Origin: Octopus sinensis
Taxonomy: Eukaryota
Assembly: GCF_006345805.1 (NCBI RefSeq)
Contig: NC_043004.1
Span: forward strand, 71,920,001 to 71,984,000
Direction: 5' to 3'
Length of the DNA: 64,000 bases
A program made the translations under genes and the position numbers. Below, piece after piece: positions 11,267 through 24,700 of the stretch (its first letter is position 1; every line of letters starts with the position of its first letter). A model generated the notes under the pieces. It did not search any database, was not told where the DNA came from, and saw nothing but the letters and a program-made list of their open reading frames with translations.

Positions 11267-11823
11267 CTGAAGAAAGTAAAAACGTACGTTCCAGCGGAAT
11301 ATTTGCGTCAGTTGTAGTTGCAAGGAAAGGTAATAAAAGCATATTCAGTTTTATGAATTATATGCAAATTCTATTTGAATAACACGAAGACATTCAGGAT
11401 TTTCAAATCCATTCTCGAACTACCTGAAATAGAGAAAAGATGTGTTAAATTAATGATATATCTACAACTGATGGTCAAAATATCCAAAAGTTACATGGAC
11501 ATTTATCTCAAAAATATACACATCAATATAGAAATAAATATTTTAAGACTAATATTAAGAGGCTCCATCAATGCCTGCATTATAAATATCGTTCATTCTA
11601 AATACAATTAAATCACCATATTTTATCATTCAGAAGTACAGTTAGGCTCAACAAGTTCGTATTTGACGTCAGTCAAAGAGCAAATATAATCTGTAGTATT
11701 TTGAATGTTTAGTTTGTCAGTTTATTTGGCAGCAAATCAAACATATTTTAAGAGACATGTTTCATATATAATGATTAATAATGATTTCGGAATCTATTTA
11801 TGTTGTAGTTAGGTTACACACTT

Positions 11824-11856
<33 letters not shown>

Positions 11857-11912
11857 GCACACAAAAAGAAGACATATACATACATACATACATACATATA
11901 TATATACATATG

Positions 11913-11977
<65 letters not shown>

Positions 11978-12699
11978 GCACATAGAACTTACCCCCTTGT
12001 TCCATATAATACATCGAAAATTTTTTACGACCATCACGTTCTGCTAACATCTTGATAAAACTTTCGTTTGCTTTTTTCACGATTTTAAGAGATGGTTTCC
12101 TGTAATCAGTATATTACATTTATAATTAGCATAATACAATACACACAGAACTTCCATGAACGTAATCATAAATAATTATTTGGCGATTATTGTTGGCAGT
12201 TGTGTTTAATTGACTCGATGTTAACTCTCCATCGATCATACTAATGTGTCATACTTAGCTTGTTATTCACGGTATAGAAGAGGAAAAAATAAAATATTGA
12301 GTACATCAGATCTTTATTCGGTTTAGTGTGAATTTCAGTAGTGATCAGAGAGTTTTATGAGCATTTCTCAAATGTGTTATGAACGAAGTGCATCGGTTTG
12401 TCTAGGTAGTATCGCGGTAGAGTATTTTGTTAACCACCAGACAAGCGTAGCATAAGTTGTCAACTTTTTAAATCGCCGGCTACACAGACCACAAATTTCT
12501 GATTTGTACAGTCAACTTAGATCTGCTTCACTAACGTCCAGTCATAGGAAGGTGAACGCGTTCTTCCCGGCATGCCACGCTTACCAAAACAGAATTAGAA
12601 ATTAGTTGAGCGGACATACACTGGGGTCGATCATCACAAAAATGATGGTTCGCCTTTAAAAACGTGGTTAGAATAGAAGTCATTAGGTGTAGCAAGGTC

Positions 12700-13820
12700 G
12701 TAATTCTATAGAAAAAAATTATAATAGACGGAGTCTTTGGAAGAGGGTCTCAGGAAAGGTATCGCAACCAATGTGATCGTGTTGAGATGGGCTCTCGAGA
12801 CTAAGTATGAATGCTGCATCGCCAAATATAACATACTTGCTCTAATTCACAGGGGTACGAGAGCTGGTCAGTGTTCCCGATAGGCAAAGGACAACATGGC
12901 AACAAAGCTACAATTCGGTCTTTCTTAGAACATAATGGGCGTTGGTTCCTCGATCACAAACAGCTGTCCAGGACGAATTGCGGGGTGAAAATCAGAATGG
13001 ATTTCAGTGACGACCATCAAGTTCTGTCGCAATTCTCGGAAAAAGGATAAGAGTGCTGCGAACTACGAGAGGCCATGGCTATCTGCGTGAGGGGTAAATC
13101 GCCTAGTTTGAATGGTCTATCCAACGAGCTTTACTATTATATGCCAGGCTTGTTTTGAGACCTCTTGAAAGATACTTACCGAAACCGGCAGTTCTATTAG
13201 TCAAGGTGCGGTGATCCAACTGTTGGTATCGTGATGAATTTAAGTCAATCAAAAGCCTTCGATAACATCTAACATCTATACATGTCTGATGGTTTCAGTC
13301 TGTCTTCTGCGGTTGGATTGCCGCAATGTAAAACGACATCTGCTCAGTTGGTCGGTGGAATGGTTACCTATCGAAATCATTCAGTATCATGCATTCAGTC
13401 CATCAAGATTGCACCCTCTCGTTTTCTCTGTACTTACTGTCTCAAGAGCTGCTACTGCGGAAACTAGAGACGTTGAAATACAACGCGCACAAACTTGGAC
13501 GTGGAACCGTGTCAGCATATGCGTCATAGTGTCGGATACCAGGCTCATAGACTCGATCAATACTGCTCGAAGAGATTTCGAGGAGGCGACAGGAGCAAAA
13601 AATCAACGAAGTCAGTGGGCTTGCAGCTTTTCCCTTGGTGAGGCAGGTCCATGCTGTCCAACAACGCTGTGGGACGCTGGAATGCTGAGCTGATTGAATT
13701 ACTCGGGATTTAGTTTGATCAAGCTCTCTAATTGGAGGTGAAATGGGATGAAATGGTGACAGAGTGACCGATCTCACCAAGAAACGGAGCGAGAGGAAGC
13801 TTCCCCTGAAAGGTCAGACA
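12700..13820 (+). mobile_element. Decayed Tx1/L1-clade LINE ORF2 (RT)
   Basis: Fragments QSKAFDNI, CTLSFSLYLLSQELLLRKL (cf. GCPLSPLLY.L.LEPLL.KL), VSAYAS (cf. VSAYADD) and ELLGI.F...W.E..ERKL.LKG. Many stops. Confidence 0.65.
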
Positions 13821-13852
13821 ACGGTAGAGAACAAATCGTATCTATCACACAT

Positions 13853-14068
13853 TCTTTTCTACTCTAGGCAAAGGCCCGAAACCTGGCGGGTGAGGGTCAG
13901 TCGATTAGATCGATCCCAGTACGCAACTGGTACTTAATTTATCGATCGACCCCGAAAAGATGAAAGGCAAAGTCTACCTCGGCGGAATTTGAACTCAGAA
14001 CATAAAGACAGACGAAATATCGCTTATCATTTCGTCCGGCATGATAACGTTTCTGCCAGCTCGCCGCC
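13853..14068 (-). mobile_element. tRNA-head SINE family 2
   Basis: Reverse complement of GGCGGCGAGCTGGCAGAA...GAGTTCAAATTCC...GCCTTTCATC.TTTCGGGGTCGAT..ATTAAGTACCAGTT. Confidence 0.85.
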
Positions 14069-14329
14069 TTGTATCTATCACATATTACCGTCCGCCTGCC
14101 TTATCTTGCCCCAGTTTACGTCTGAACAGACTGGAGATCCTACTTTCTCGCTTTTGTGGGAGAGATGCGTCCGCTCGTCAGGGGCTCCGTTTGTTATCAA
14201 CACCCAGCATACTGCGGCTGGTGGCACGCATACTGACCCTGATCCTACCACATCTCCAGTGTTTCCTTGACAGTAGGCAGGTGTGGTCACCGTTTGTCAA
14301 ACTTGCTTTTCTGCACCTCACGTCTTTGA

Positions 14330-15130
14330 TTGAGCTGCAATCTTGAATTAATCGTAGATCGAAACAGGGTGTTTAGCATCTGAAGTATCATCAGGCGATC
14401 GCATTCTTCAGACAGTCTGGTAATGGGGCAGGTAGAAGTTAGAATTTTGGCGATCTATATAGGTCTAGTGACGGATAGGAATGACTACACTCTTGGGGAT
14501 ACTGTAGGTGGCGACGAGACTTATTTCGCTGGTCTGTTCCAGAGGGCTTTCGATCCGGAACACTTGTATAATTTCCTGAAATCATTGTGAGTATTACTGA
14601 TTACGGCCGGGGGGAACCTGAGGTGCGTACAAAGCTATGAATTAATTCTGTACGCACTCGACCAGTGCCCGAGCATTGATGCTTTTTTTCTTCTATTGAA
14701 AACTTCCTGTCGCGTGTAGGATGAATCCGGTTATCCGCTAGGTCTACTATGAAGATCACTTGTTAAGATCATCCCTACGGATTTTCCATAGAAATCATAG
14801 CCATCTCAATTTTGTTATGACGTTTCGTATCCGAGACGCCAGATGTAAACAAACAGTGAGATCGAGGAGGAAAAACTTGGTGATGGGCGTGTACATGATA
14901 TATCGGGAAGTTTTGCTCCTTCATCAGTACCTATCTAACTCATTAATCATCCATTGCTCATTAGTCGAATTCATTGCTAAAATAGCCATTACGTATAGCA
15001 GTGTAAAGTTATTGCATAGATCAGTCGAATCAACTAATATCCACCAATAAAAATTGTCGGAGTTGTGCCTAAATTAGAAGCCACTATTATAGAAAGATGA
15101 ATCTTCACTTCGTCGAACAATATGCCGAGC
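14330..15130 (-). mobile_element. Highly decayed CR1-type RT relic
   Basis: Remnants resembling SLTS, QGF.PGR, TYSIPKSV (cf. SGVPQGSV) and PDDT in the correct order on the minus strand. Confidence 0.35.
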
Positions 15131-15283
15131 AGTATGTGATTAGGCGTTCTAGGTTCTGAGATTGAATGCTCCTGAAATCACGTTTACCTTTATTCCTTCC
15201 GAGATCGACAACAATAAGCAACGAGTCAAGTACTGTGGCCTGGTTAACTGAGGGTTAAGAAAGATCAAAACCAGAATACATAC

Positions 15284-15435
15284 ATGTCATTGAATATGTA
15301 CTTCATCGGTGGACCATTCCGCCAAGGGGTTGATAAGAGTTTATTTTCCTGAAACCAAGATGTATGGTTCGTGTCTGTTCCGTTGAAGTATAATGCGTGA
15401 GTAACATTATTGATGTTTCTAAAATTGAGTTTGAC
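15284..15435 (-). CDS. Gene A coding exon 3 (152 nt, phase 0-2)
   Basis: AG|GTC...GAC AT|GTATGT. Reads VKLNFRNINNVTHALYFNGTDTNHTSWFQENKLLSTPWRNGPPMKYIFND. Same length and phase as, and homologous to, 51777-51928. Confidence 0.85.
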
Positions 15436-16247
15436 CTTCAAGTAAAAATTCAAATAAGATTAAAAATTAATCCCAGAAAGTGAGAGCTGGAAAGAATAGA
15501 AAAGGAAATGAGAGAAGATATCAAGAGGAACAAATTATGAAGAAAAGGTGATATGAGAGACAAAGAATGAGAGAGAGAAAAAGCAAGAGAAAGAGAGAGA
15601 GAAAAGTGAGAGGGAGAGAAAGAGAGAGAAGTATGCATGAGAGTTTGCACAGAGTGAGGAGAGTGAGGGTTCGTAATTCGAAGTCAGTGCCAATACACTT
15701 GCCCATTTACTGCGACACAAGCTTAAGAGCGGGTTGTGTCGTACTATTTTTTCTTGACGCTTTACTTCGCCCCTGATCTTCAAGACAAGTGTGATACGAC
15801 TATAGAACTTGCTACCGTTGATATAATATCCTTCCACCCAGCGACTAATACTTCCTTCAGTACGTTCGTTGAAGATGCACGACAATCGCCCGCTTCCCGC
15901 CGCATAAGAGTTATGTAACCTTCTACTTTACTTTCCGTTGGAAAAACGATTTGGGCAAATAAATGACTTCCTTTGTAACACCCACCCACCTCTGCTAGAC
16001 TCCTCGTTCATATACAACATTCTTTCATTGGAAATAACATCTAGAAAGGATATGCATATTGGTGTGTGTACAACTGTTGTTATTTTAAAATCAAGTTGCT
16101 AAAGCTACTACCTGTGATGATTATTGTTTTTTTTTAATATTTTAATTAAGGTATTGTGGTCCCCATTTTGATTTACATATTTTTCGGTCGAGTCATCACA
16201 GCTGTATTTGAGGTGTGCTGCCTTTATCTTTCTAATAACAATATTCA

Positions 16248-16259
16248 TAACTACTACTA

Positions 16260-16349
<90 letters not shown>

Positions 16350-16350
16350 G
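16248..16350. repeat. Symmetric compound trinucleotide repeat (ACT)n(GCT)n(ACT)n
   Basis: Directly visible. Confidence 0.95.
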
Positions 16351-17284
16351 TGCTGCTGGTTATAGAGAAATACAATTTAATGAATATTAATATTCTTTCT
16401 TCCTGCCGGTTATTTAGCCGAACAACTCTCATTGATCTGACTTATAACCAAAGACATTCCACTCATGACCATATAGCTTGTTTTTGCACCCAGAGCGTTT
16501 CTAAGAAAAATTTATACAATTGATCCCTCCTATTCTATTTTTAAGAGTGCAAGATCTTTTATACGATTGTAGATTTAACTACTATTTCTGTAGATTAAAG
16601 ACCATTAGAGGCTTCCTCGATCGTTCACTATTCTTTTTAGGTATATTCGATGAAAGGTACGGCTAAGCTTATATACGTAAAAACTTAACCGATAACGGAC
16701 AGAGTCAACGTCTACAGAAGTTGCAAGAAGCAACGGAAATTTTAGAAAAAGAATAAATAAATAAATGAGTGGAAATCGAATTGGTGAGTATGTTAATTAA
16801 AAGAGCATTAAAATAGAATGACTCACCCTAGACACAATAAAACTTACCATAAGACATTTGTAAATATGTGCAACATGCACGTGTTTCTGTGTTTGTGAAT
16901 GAGTGTGTGTATGTGAGATACATTGTAAATTAAAGATTTCATTTTTAGTCACATTTGACTCAATAAATCTTTAAGTAGTCGATGGCTTTGCCAGAAATAG
17001 CAGCCAAACCGCACTTTACTTATATCTTGCTTTCTGACAAAAATAAAATGGTTGTAGAGGATAATCAAGTTAAGTAATGAGCGAAAAGAGAGGATCTCAA
17101 GATTGGAATCCCTTTGACCACTTGGGTTAAACAGCAACAACCAAACACAAACAGCAATACTTACGCCATTGCGATGTGGACAAGAAGAAAATTCTAAAAA
17201 TCAAATGTATAAAACCATAAAGTATTATTACATATGATGACTGTTTATTAAATGACAATCACTTTGAAACTAAAAACGTATTAC

Positions 17285-17376
17285 CTTTGCAATAGGCATG
17301 CTGTCCCAGTGTAAATAAAAAGGATTTCTTAAAAAGGAAGTTTTTTTCATTGCAAATACTTTTTGCCAGTTTGTGC
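17285..17376 (-). CDS. Gene A coding exon 2 (92 nt, phase 1-0)
   Basis: ACAG|GC...AAG|GTAATA. Reads TNWQKVFAMKKTSFLRNPFYLHWDSMPIAK. Homologous to 46277-46368. Confidence 0.85.
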
Positions 17377-17690
17377 CTGTATGAGTATTAAATAAAAATG
17401 AATGCTTTAAGGAATACTTCAAATGTAAAGAAGACTCGTAATTAAACTTTATTAAGATTTTTAATACCGGAACGTCGTTATTGTTGTTATTTAGCACCAT
17501 GACAACCCTGGTCGAGAAGTCCTGCAGGGAAAAGGTTACACGGAATTTTTAAACAAATTTTATTAAGATTTTAAAGAAAATATACTAATATACAGTGCAG
17601 TGAAGATTATTGCATTGGTTTAGAAATTATAATATCTGTTATACAATTTTCCTAGGATTCATCTTGATATTTTTTTTTAGCTTTAGTTCC

Positions 17691-18085
17691 AGAAGTAGAC
17701 ATGGCTGTGTGGTAAGAAGTTGGTTTCCCATCCACATTGTTCTGGGTTCACTCCCACTGCTTGGCACCTTGGGTAAATGTCTTCAGTTATAGCCTCGGGC
17801 CGACCAAAGCCTTGTGAGTAGATTTGGTAGATGGAAACTGAAAAAAACCCGTCGTATATATATTTATATGTGTGTGTGTGTTTGTTTGTTTACTGCCCGC
17901 CCCCGCCATCGCCTAATAACCGATGCTGGGGTATTTATGTTCGGTATAAAGATATTGATAGAATAAGTACTAAGCTCATAAAGATTAAGTCTTGGGGTCG
18001 ATTTGTTGCACTAAAATCCTTAAGCCGGTACTCCTGCATGGTCGCAGTCAAATGACTGAAACAAATAAAGGATTAAAAGAGTAGA
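17691..18085 (+). mobile_element. SINE family 1, full length
   Basis: Homologous to 3231-3651. Confidence 0.85.
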
Positions 18086-19356
18086 AGAATTTGAATATTT
18101 TTTTAACTTGATATTCAACAGAAATACTAGAACAGTTTTATAGTTATAATCAACCCTACACTAAGTCAACCTTATTTGAGAAATCCTTTGGGAGAAGTTG
18201 TTCCTGATATCTTATCAAGATAACAGGATGTGATTCTAGGAAGATTTGTCCAATATTTCAAGTAGGTTGGCCGACCGCATAATGTCTCTCTCCTTGAATT
18301 TATAAAGTTTGATATAAATTTTTACCCTAATTATCACGTGGTGTGGGGTGGCATGAATTTTGATACCTGGAACTTGTCGCTACTTTGAAGGTTTAACCGT
18401 TTTGCTAGAAATCTAGATAATTAGATACATAGCTAGATTCTCAGACATTGCAAGCGTAGAAAAATAATGTAGTTATATAAATAATTTCTTTGTCGTAGTA
18501 GCGACGCCGCTCAGAATAGCTGAGTAATGGACTGAAGTGGGTTTCTATCACCATCACTAAGAATGCACAATTTTGAAGACAATGAAAAATAAACCTATTA
18601 CTTCAGATGTAGTTTCCACAATGCTGTATGGATGCGGAAAAAACGTGAGATAATCAGAAGTTATGAAGATTAATATTGGTGTTAATTCTCATGGCTTTGT
18701 TGTGATCACATTCTCTTACTTGCTATGTTTAATAAATGTGTTCTGGTTATATTTTCAGGGTGTCTTTTCGTAGAAAACCGCTCGACTTCATGTATGGAGA
18801 TAATGCTTGGCTCATGTATGTGTGTAGAATTTCTACGATGTGTGAAATATTGTATCTATTACATTAAATTGATTAGCAATCGATCAACAATTGTATGCAC
18901 GAGTAAGTTTATCGCATACCAATCACAGAAAAGAAAGAAAAACAACATATGATTTTCTAAATAACGGTCAGGATTTTAACGTTTGTTGTGTTTCTTGCAA
19001 ATTACAGCTAGTACATGGATGAAACCAGTAAAAAGTGATAAAGAAATTTTGTTCTGATATTATGTTCAACCGGGTTTTTGTCAAATTGATTTCATTTTCC
19101 ATAAAATACGTCCATATACTTTCCATATAATTTCCTGAAAAAGAATAAATGAACGCAAAGCTCTCCATATTAAAAACAGAAGCAAAGTCTGATATATTTG
19201 CGTCATGTTTTAGTCTTTTTACATACAAGGGGGCAGAAACGGGGTGCAAATTGAACAAAAAATGAAGAAGAAAGAGAGACACCCAATATTCAGGTGCTTA
19301 ATTAGGTACATTACAATGGTGGAAATGGTATAGAACAAAAATTGTGGTGTACTCAC

Positions 19357-19684
19357 TTTTTCCATAAAGCATCAGATAGGATGTACAGTTGCAATCATAA
19401 TCTACAATTTCACTGCCATACCATCTCTTATACATGATGCACTCACCATTGCAATAATTAAAATAGCCACATCTATTGTCGGACATACAATATAATGCAC
19501 ATTCTATGACAGAAGCCGTTTCATTCTTTAAACCAATTCGACCATTTATGCATCTTGGATTTGGTAATTGTTTAAAAAATTTTTCCATGTATTTCGGTTC
19601 CACAGTCTTGAGAATAACGAAAACCATAATTGTCAAACATTGCAGTACCTTCAGAATTGTATGATATTCAGTCGATGCCTTCAT
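19357..19684 (-). CDS. Gene A coding exon 1: signal peptide + PAN/apple-like domain
   Basis: Acceptor TTTCAG at 19690, ATG at 19684, donor A|GTGAGT at 19356. 328 coding nt. [30 protein letters not shown]...[28 protein letters not shown]...CNC has PAN-like Cys spacing. Confidence 0.85.
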
Positions 19685-19692
19685 TATTACTG

Positions 19693-19729
<37 letters not shown>

Positions 19730-19751
19730 TGTATAGATATATGTATGTATG

Positions 19752-19806
<55 letters not shown>

Positions 19807-19868
19807 AGATATATGCATGTATGCTTATATATATATGTATATATATATACATATATATATACATACAT

Positions 19869-20981
19869 AGTGAGAATTTACAAAAAAACAAAAGACGAAG
19901 ACGGGTGTATAAACAACAAACAGATATCTTAATTTAACACTCGGGAAGTGAGAAAGTCTTTTACGTTTCGAGCCTACGCTCTTCAACAGGGAAATAAACA
20001 AGGAGAGAAAATAGAAAAAAAGTTTAGAAGCTAGCGATCTATCATGGTGAATTCCGGACAGAGGGGACACACAGGAGAGCTAGGAAGAATGGAAGAGGGG
20101 AGAAGGTGGGTATGAGTGAAGAGAGGAGGTAGGTGGAAGAGCAAGAGAGGAGAGGTGGGTGAGAGCAAGTAGGTGTGAGAGGAAGAGAGGAGCAGAGCTA
20201 GATGAAGAGGGAAGGAAAGTTGAGCCCATGTGAGGCAAAGGTGCGAAGAGTGAAGATTATTTCCTGGTAACGGCGAAGACGGGAGTTTGGATGGCTCCTG
20301 TGCAAGCACAATCCGAACAGAGTCATGTGTTCTAAAGAGTGACCGGCAGAGCGGAAATGGCGCGAGACCGGGGTGTTGTTGCCGAGTCGGATGTCTCGGA
20401 GGTGTTCGGCGAACCAGTCAGCCAAGTGGCGTCCCGTTAGGCCGATGTATGGAGGACAGTGAGAGCAGGAGATGCAGTAGATGATGTTGCTAGTAGTGCA
20501 GGTGAAGGAGTCAGTGATATGATAGGGTCGATGATGGGTGCATGTGAGAAGGGTGGTATTGGAGAGATAAGGGCAAGTGCCTCAACGTGGGCCGGAGTAG
20601 GGGAACGAGCCGCGAAGAGGCTGTTGACGAACAGGCCTAGTACTTTGGGGACTCGTTTGAAGGAGGGGAGAGGTCGGTTTGGGAAGATATACGAAGTGGA
20701 GGTGTCAGACTGGAGTCGCCGGAGGGTCGGAGAATGGTCCGTTGGAGAGGTAGGGTGGTGGGATGGTAAGTGAGGGGAAAACAGGAGACGGGTGACGGCG
20801 GGGTGGGGTGGGGGTAGACAGCAGATGCACGATCCACGGAACGTGATCTGGCAAGGGTGGTGTGGATAGTGATGAGGGGATATCCACGTAGGGTGAAGTG
20901 GCGAACCATGAGTTGAGACTGAGTCTCTCAAAATCATGGCTGTCACTGCAGAGCCTGCGTAGACGGAGTAATTGGGAATAG

Positions 20982-20985
<4 letters not shown>
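19869..20985 (-). mobile_element. 5'-truncated, frameshifted PLE of the same family as 1575-3206
   Basis: IPYSQLLRLRRLCS (RT thumb), PLTYHP, ADWFAEHLRDI...VSRHF...QEIIFTL...GLN. pLTR at the 3' end. Flanked by (TA)n on both sides. Confidence 0.85.
19957..19994 (-). ncRNA. Hammerhead-like motif, family 1 (stem I degraded)
   Basis: CTGTTGA-A-GAGC(GTAG)GCTC-GAA-ACGT-A-AAAGA on the minus strand. Confidence 0.55.
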
Positions 20986-21014
<29 letters not shown>

Positions 21015-21018
<4 letters not shown>

Positions 21019-21590
21019 GAGCAAAACGCCCCCGTCCAATGGATGGTGCTGAGTTGTCAAACATTTAAATCAAATTTTCTCAAAACAATTTGTCCGACCG
21101 TCCCATAGGCCTCACCTTTGAGAAACACAGATTTAACCTAAAATTGAGACACCAGCAACAGAAGAAATAAAGATAGGCTTTTTTCTATTCCAAAGGAAAA
21201 CGATTTTATTCACACAAATATGCAACCGAAGTGTTTAAAGTACCAGTAATGATAAGGCTGTTAATTGAGAGAACACAAACATGGTTTAAATAGTAAGCTT
21301 GGTAGGGAAGAAACGTGCCTTTAAGCAGTACAAAAATAACAAAATATTGGAAGGTGCAGTTATGTACAGGTTGACGGAAGAAAAGCAGGACAAAAACGTC
21401 TTTATCGATGGCATTCTCACCTGGAATCGAATTTTGTAATTCTTTCAAGACTTATACACGCCCTGATACCGTCGGTATCTACACATCAAATTTGAGCGCA
21501 ATCGGATGGAGGATGCCCGAGATCAGAGAGGACACACACACACACACACACACAGACAGACAGAAAGGATTATATATATATATATATACT
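21015..21590 (-). mobile_element. Probable non-autonomous Helitron/DINE-like element
   Basis: The minus-strand 5' end is (TA)n-AATCCTTTCTGTCTGTCTGTG. The 3' end is GC-rich (GGACGGGGGCGTTTTGCTCGT). The termini are imperfect. Confidence 0.35.
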
Positions 21591-21673
21591 GGCAAAGATA
21601 TTTGCAGGCGGTGAACATAAAACAAATTCAACTTACCTGTAGGAAGAACATTAAATACACAGTGAACCTTTAT

Positions 21674-22262
21674 TATAGCGTCGTATATTATTGACTGCTA
21701 TTTCTAGTATATATTACTGCATTGTTGTACCACTATACTATAGTTATACTTTAATCTGATGGTGCTTTGTTTTACTGGGAAGCAATAATACTGTATTGCA
21801 CTATTTAATAAATTATTTTCTTTGAAAACCTTTTCGCTGTTCTCAGTCTGTTAATGGCCAGGCGTTCAGACGAGTAATACTGGCATTTGATGTAGCGACA
21901 TTTGAAATTTTGTCAAGGTGAATCTAGACGATGACAACTAATCAAATTTACGTTAGCAAACTAAATTTGGAAAGTTTGAAACCTAACTCCTAGATTGTCT
22001 ACACCTGGGCTGTACATTTATTTAATGCATTTCCTACAGGTAAGATGAATTTTTATATGTCCACCACCCACAAACAACTATGCCGGTATATATATATACA
22101 CAGTGACGTTTTACTATAGCGTCGTATATTATCGACTGTTTTTTCCAGTAATTACTGGTGCATTGTTGTACCACTATCCTATATTTATACTTTAACTTGA
22201 TGGTGCTTTGTTTTACTGTTACTGTTTACCAGAAAGCAATACGACTCTATTGTACTATTCAA
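21674..22262 (+). repeat. ~140-bp direct duplication (21674-21808 and 22115-22262)
   Basis: Both copies start TATAGCGTCGTATATTAT.GACTG and continue GCATTGTTGTACCACTAT...GATGGTGCTTTGTTT. A ~30-bp inverted repeat overlaps it at 21625/22050. Confidence 0.75.
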
Positions 22263-22284
22263 TTATACACATAGACACACACAG

Positions 22285-22353
<69 letters not shown>

Positions 22354-22805
22354 GCGGTGGTGCCCCAGCATGGCCGCGCGGCCTTCGAGCTAAAACATTT
22401 TTAAGGATTTAAGGATATATATAGTTATGTTATTTTCTGTTAAGATCGTAGCAGAGTACAGTATGAAGCTTGCCCACCTTCAGATTTCCCCCGGTGCTAT
22501 CCAGTAGTATACTTATACGTGTTTCGGGACTCGACCTTGGGCTTCTGTAGTGTGTGAATACATAACTGAATTAAGTTGGAGCCAACAAGAAAAAAGAGTA
22601 CGGTTGGTCATTTATTTGCAATCACTGCAATTGTTTCTACGCAAAGTAGCTCTCCAAGCTTGCAGGTATTTCGTTATGTAATCGTTTCCCTGCATTATGT
22701 GATCCGGTTGTATTTCCTCAGGCAATATCTAAATATTTTCTCCTTAGCCTCAGATTCTTGTCTTCAAGAGCATCTTATCTGTCTGTCGTAGCATGCGTGT
22801 TAATA

Positions 22806-23663
22806 TGAGGGTAATCCCAAAAGTAAGGTTTTCAAAGCACTGGAAACGTTGGGAAACTGCGTGCGGCTATTGACAACACTGTTGTGTTTGTTGTGCCTAG
22901 GCCGCGCCTGACCCTGCGCGCGCCCCGCTGCCACACTCAGTCTTGGCTTGACAGCCGTATCTGATGGAGCTCCCGATTGACGCTACAGCCAAGTGTAAAA
23001 TTCGCGCAGTTATTCGATTTTTGAACGCAAAAGGCATTAAACCGATTGCAATTCATTGTCAATTAACGGACGTGTATGGCGAGTCGAGCATGGATGTCAA
23101 AAACGTACGCAAATGGTGCAGGGAATTTCCAGCTGGTCGAACAGGAATTCATGACGAAGAAAGAAGTGGGTGACCATCAATTTCCGACGAGACAGTTGTG
23201 GAGGTTGAGCAAATCTTGTGTCAACATTGGCGGACCACTCTCGAAGCACTATCCATAAAGTTTGAGAGTGGAAATTTGCAATATCCGGAGGTGTGCGAGA
23301 GATTGGCACCTCGAATGCTCACAGAAGACCATAAACGGCAATCTACCTTGTAGTCCGGACTTAGCACCAGGTGACTACCATCTGTTCCCTAAATTGGAAG
23401 AACATTTCGCCGGAACGCACTTCAGCAACGAAAACGAAGTGAAAGATGAGGTTCAATGCTTTCTCAATTACATGGCGGTGAGCTGGTATAACTTGGGCAT
23501 ACAAAAACTGCCCAGCGCGTAAAAATATGTTACGACCGAAATGGCGATTATGTAGAAAAATAGATAAATGTTCAAACTTTAAAATGATGTAAGCATCATT
23601 GACAATCAACGTTTCTGTGATTACTAAATATTTTTGGAGACCTTACTTTTGCGATAACCCTCG
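22806..23663 (+). mobile_element. Internally deleted mariner transposon
   Basis: TIRs (T/C)GAGGGT(A/T)ATC(C/G)CAAAAGTAAGGT, with TA on the left. Transposase N-terminus IRAVIRFLNAKG...VRKWCREF...DEERSG and C-terminus PCSPDLAPGDYHLFPKL. Confidence 0.9.
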
Positions 23664-24637
23664 TGGTAGCCATTGCGTGTATCAAGGGATGTGCTGTGGT
23701 CGGAGGTTTGATGGTAAACTACTTTCAATGTATGGATGGAGTGGGATGGAGGTTTTGCAACTGTTAATGGGATTGGCATTTGATTTCTTATACTGTTCTT
23801 GTGCTGTTCTTGTAAAGAGGCTGCCATTTGATTTCTTTGACTATTTTTTTGTTGGGGTAGTCGGCGTCGGCAGCAACAGAGGAAGAAACATGATAACATA
23901 GTGTGCGTGTATAATGTTGCGTCGTTTACGAACATTGAACAAGGGTATAACCTTAATAGATAGACGTATGCTCATACACATATATACTTGTCTGCGATCT
24001 GCGGACGCCGCGCGCCTACCGGCCCGACGGTAACGGGTCGCGACGACGGATCGGAGGGGAAGCGCGTCCGATGCTGGCGCCTCGGAAATCGAACGCATAT
24101 ATACAGATACGCTATCATATATGTGTGTGTATGCTGTATGTGCGTGTGTGTGTGTGTGTACATATGTATCTATGTATGAATACAATGATAGATAGATCGA
24201 TAATGAATTAACCGAGTTTTTCGCTAAAGCAATAAATTTGCTAAAGATATTGGTTTCGCTCTACAGTTATCTATAACAAGGTTAGAGTTCTCTGTTTTCG
24301 TATATACACCTGAAATATATGCATATATATATATATATATCCTAAATATTCATATTATTTTTTTTTCACCTACCTGTCTCACGTTTACTTCACAAGAGAA
24401 ATTAAAAAGAAAGAAATAACACTTGTAAAGCAATTGAAGTGAGAAGCAAAGTGGCAAAGACGAGGGACAGACACGGAGTGAGAGAGAGAGGATTCATAGC
24501 GCTGAGAAGTAACCCAAATATAACGTGTTAAATGCAGGAAGGTGGGTGAGAGGCAAAGAGACATAGAGGGAGAAAGCAAGGAAGTGGAAGAGAGAAAGAC
24601 CAGAGAAACAGAGTTAGAGAGATAAAAAGAAATGATG

Positions 24638-24700
<63 letters not shown>

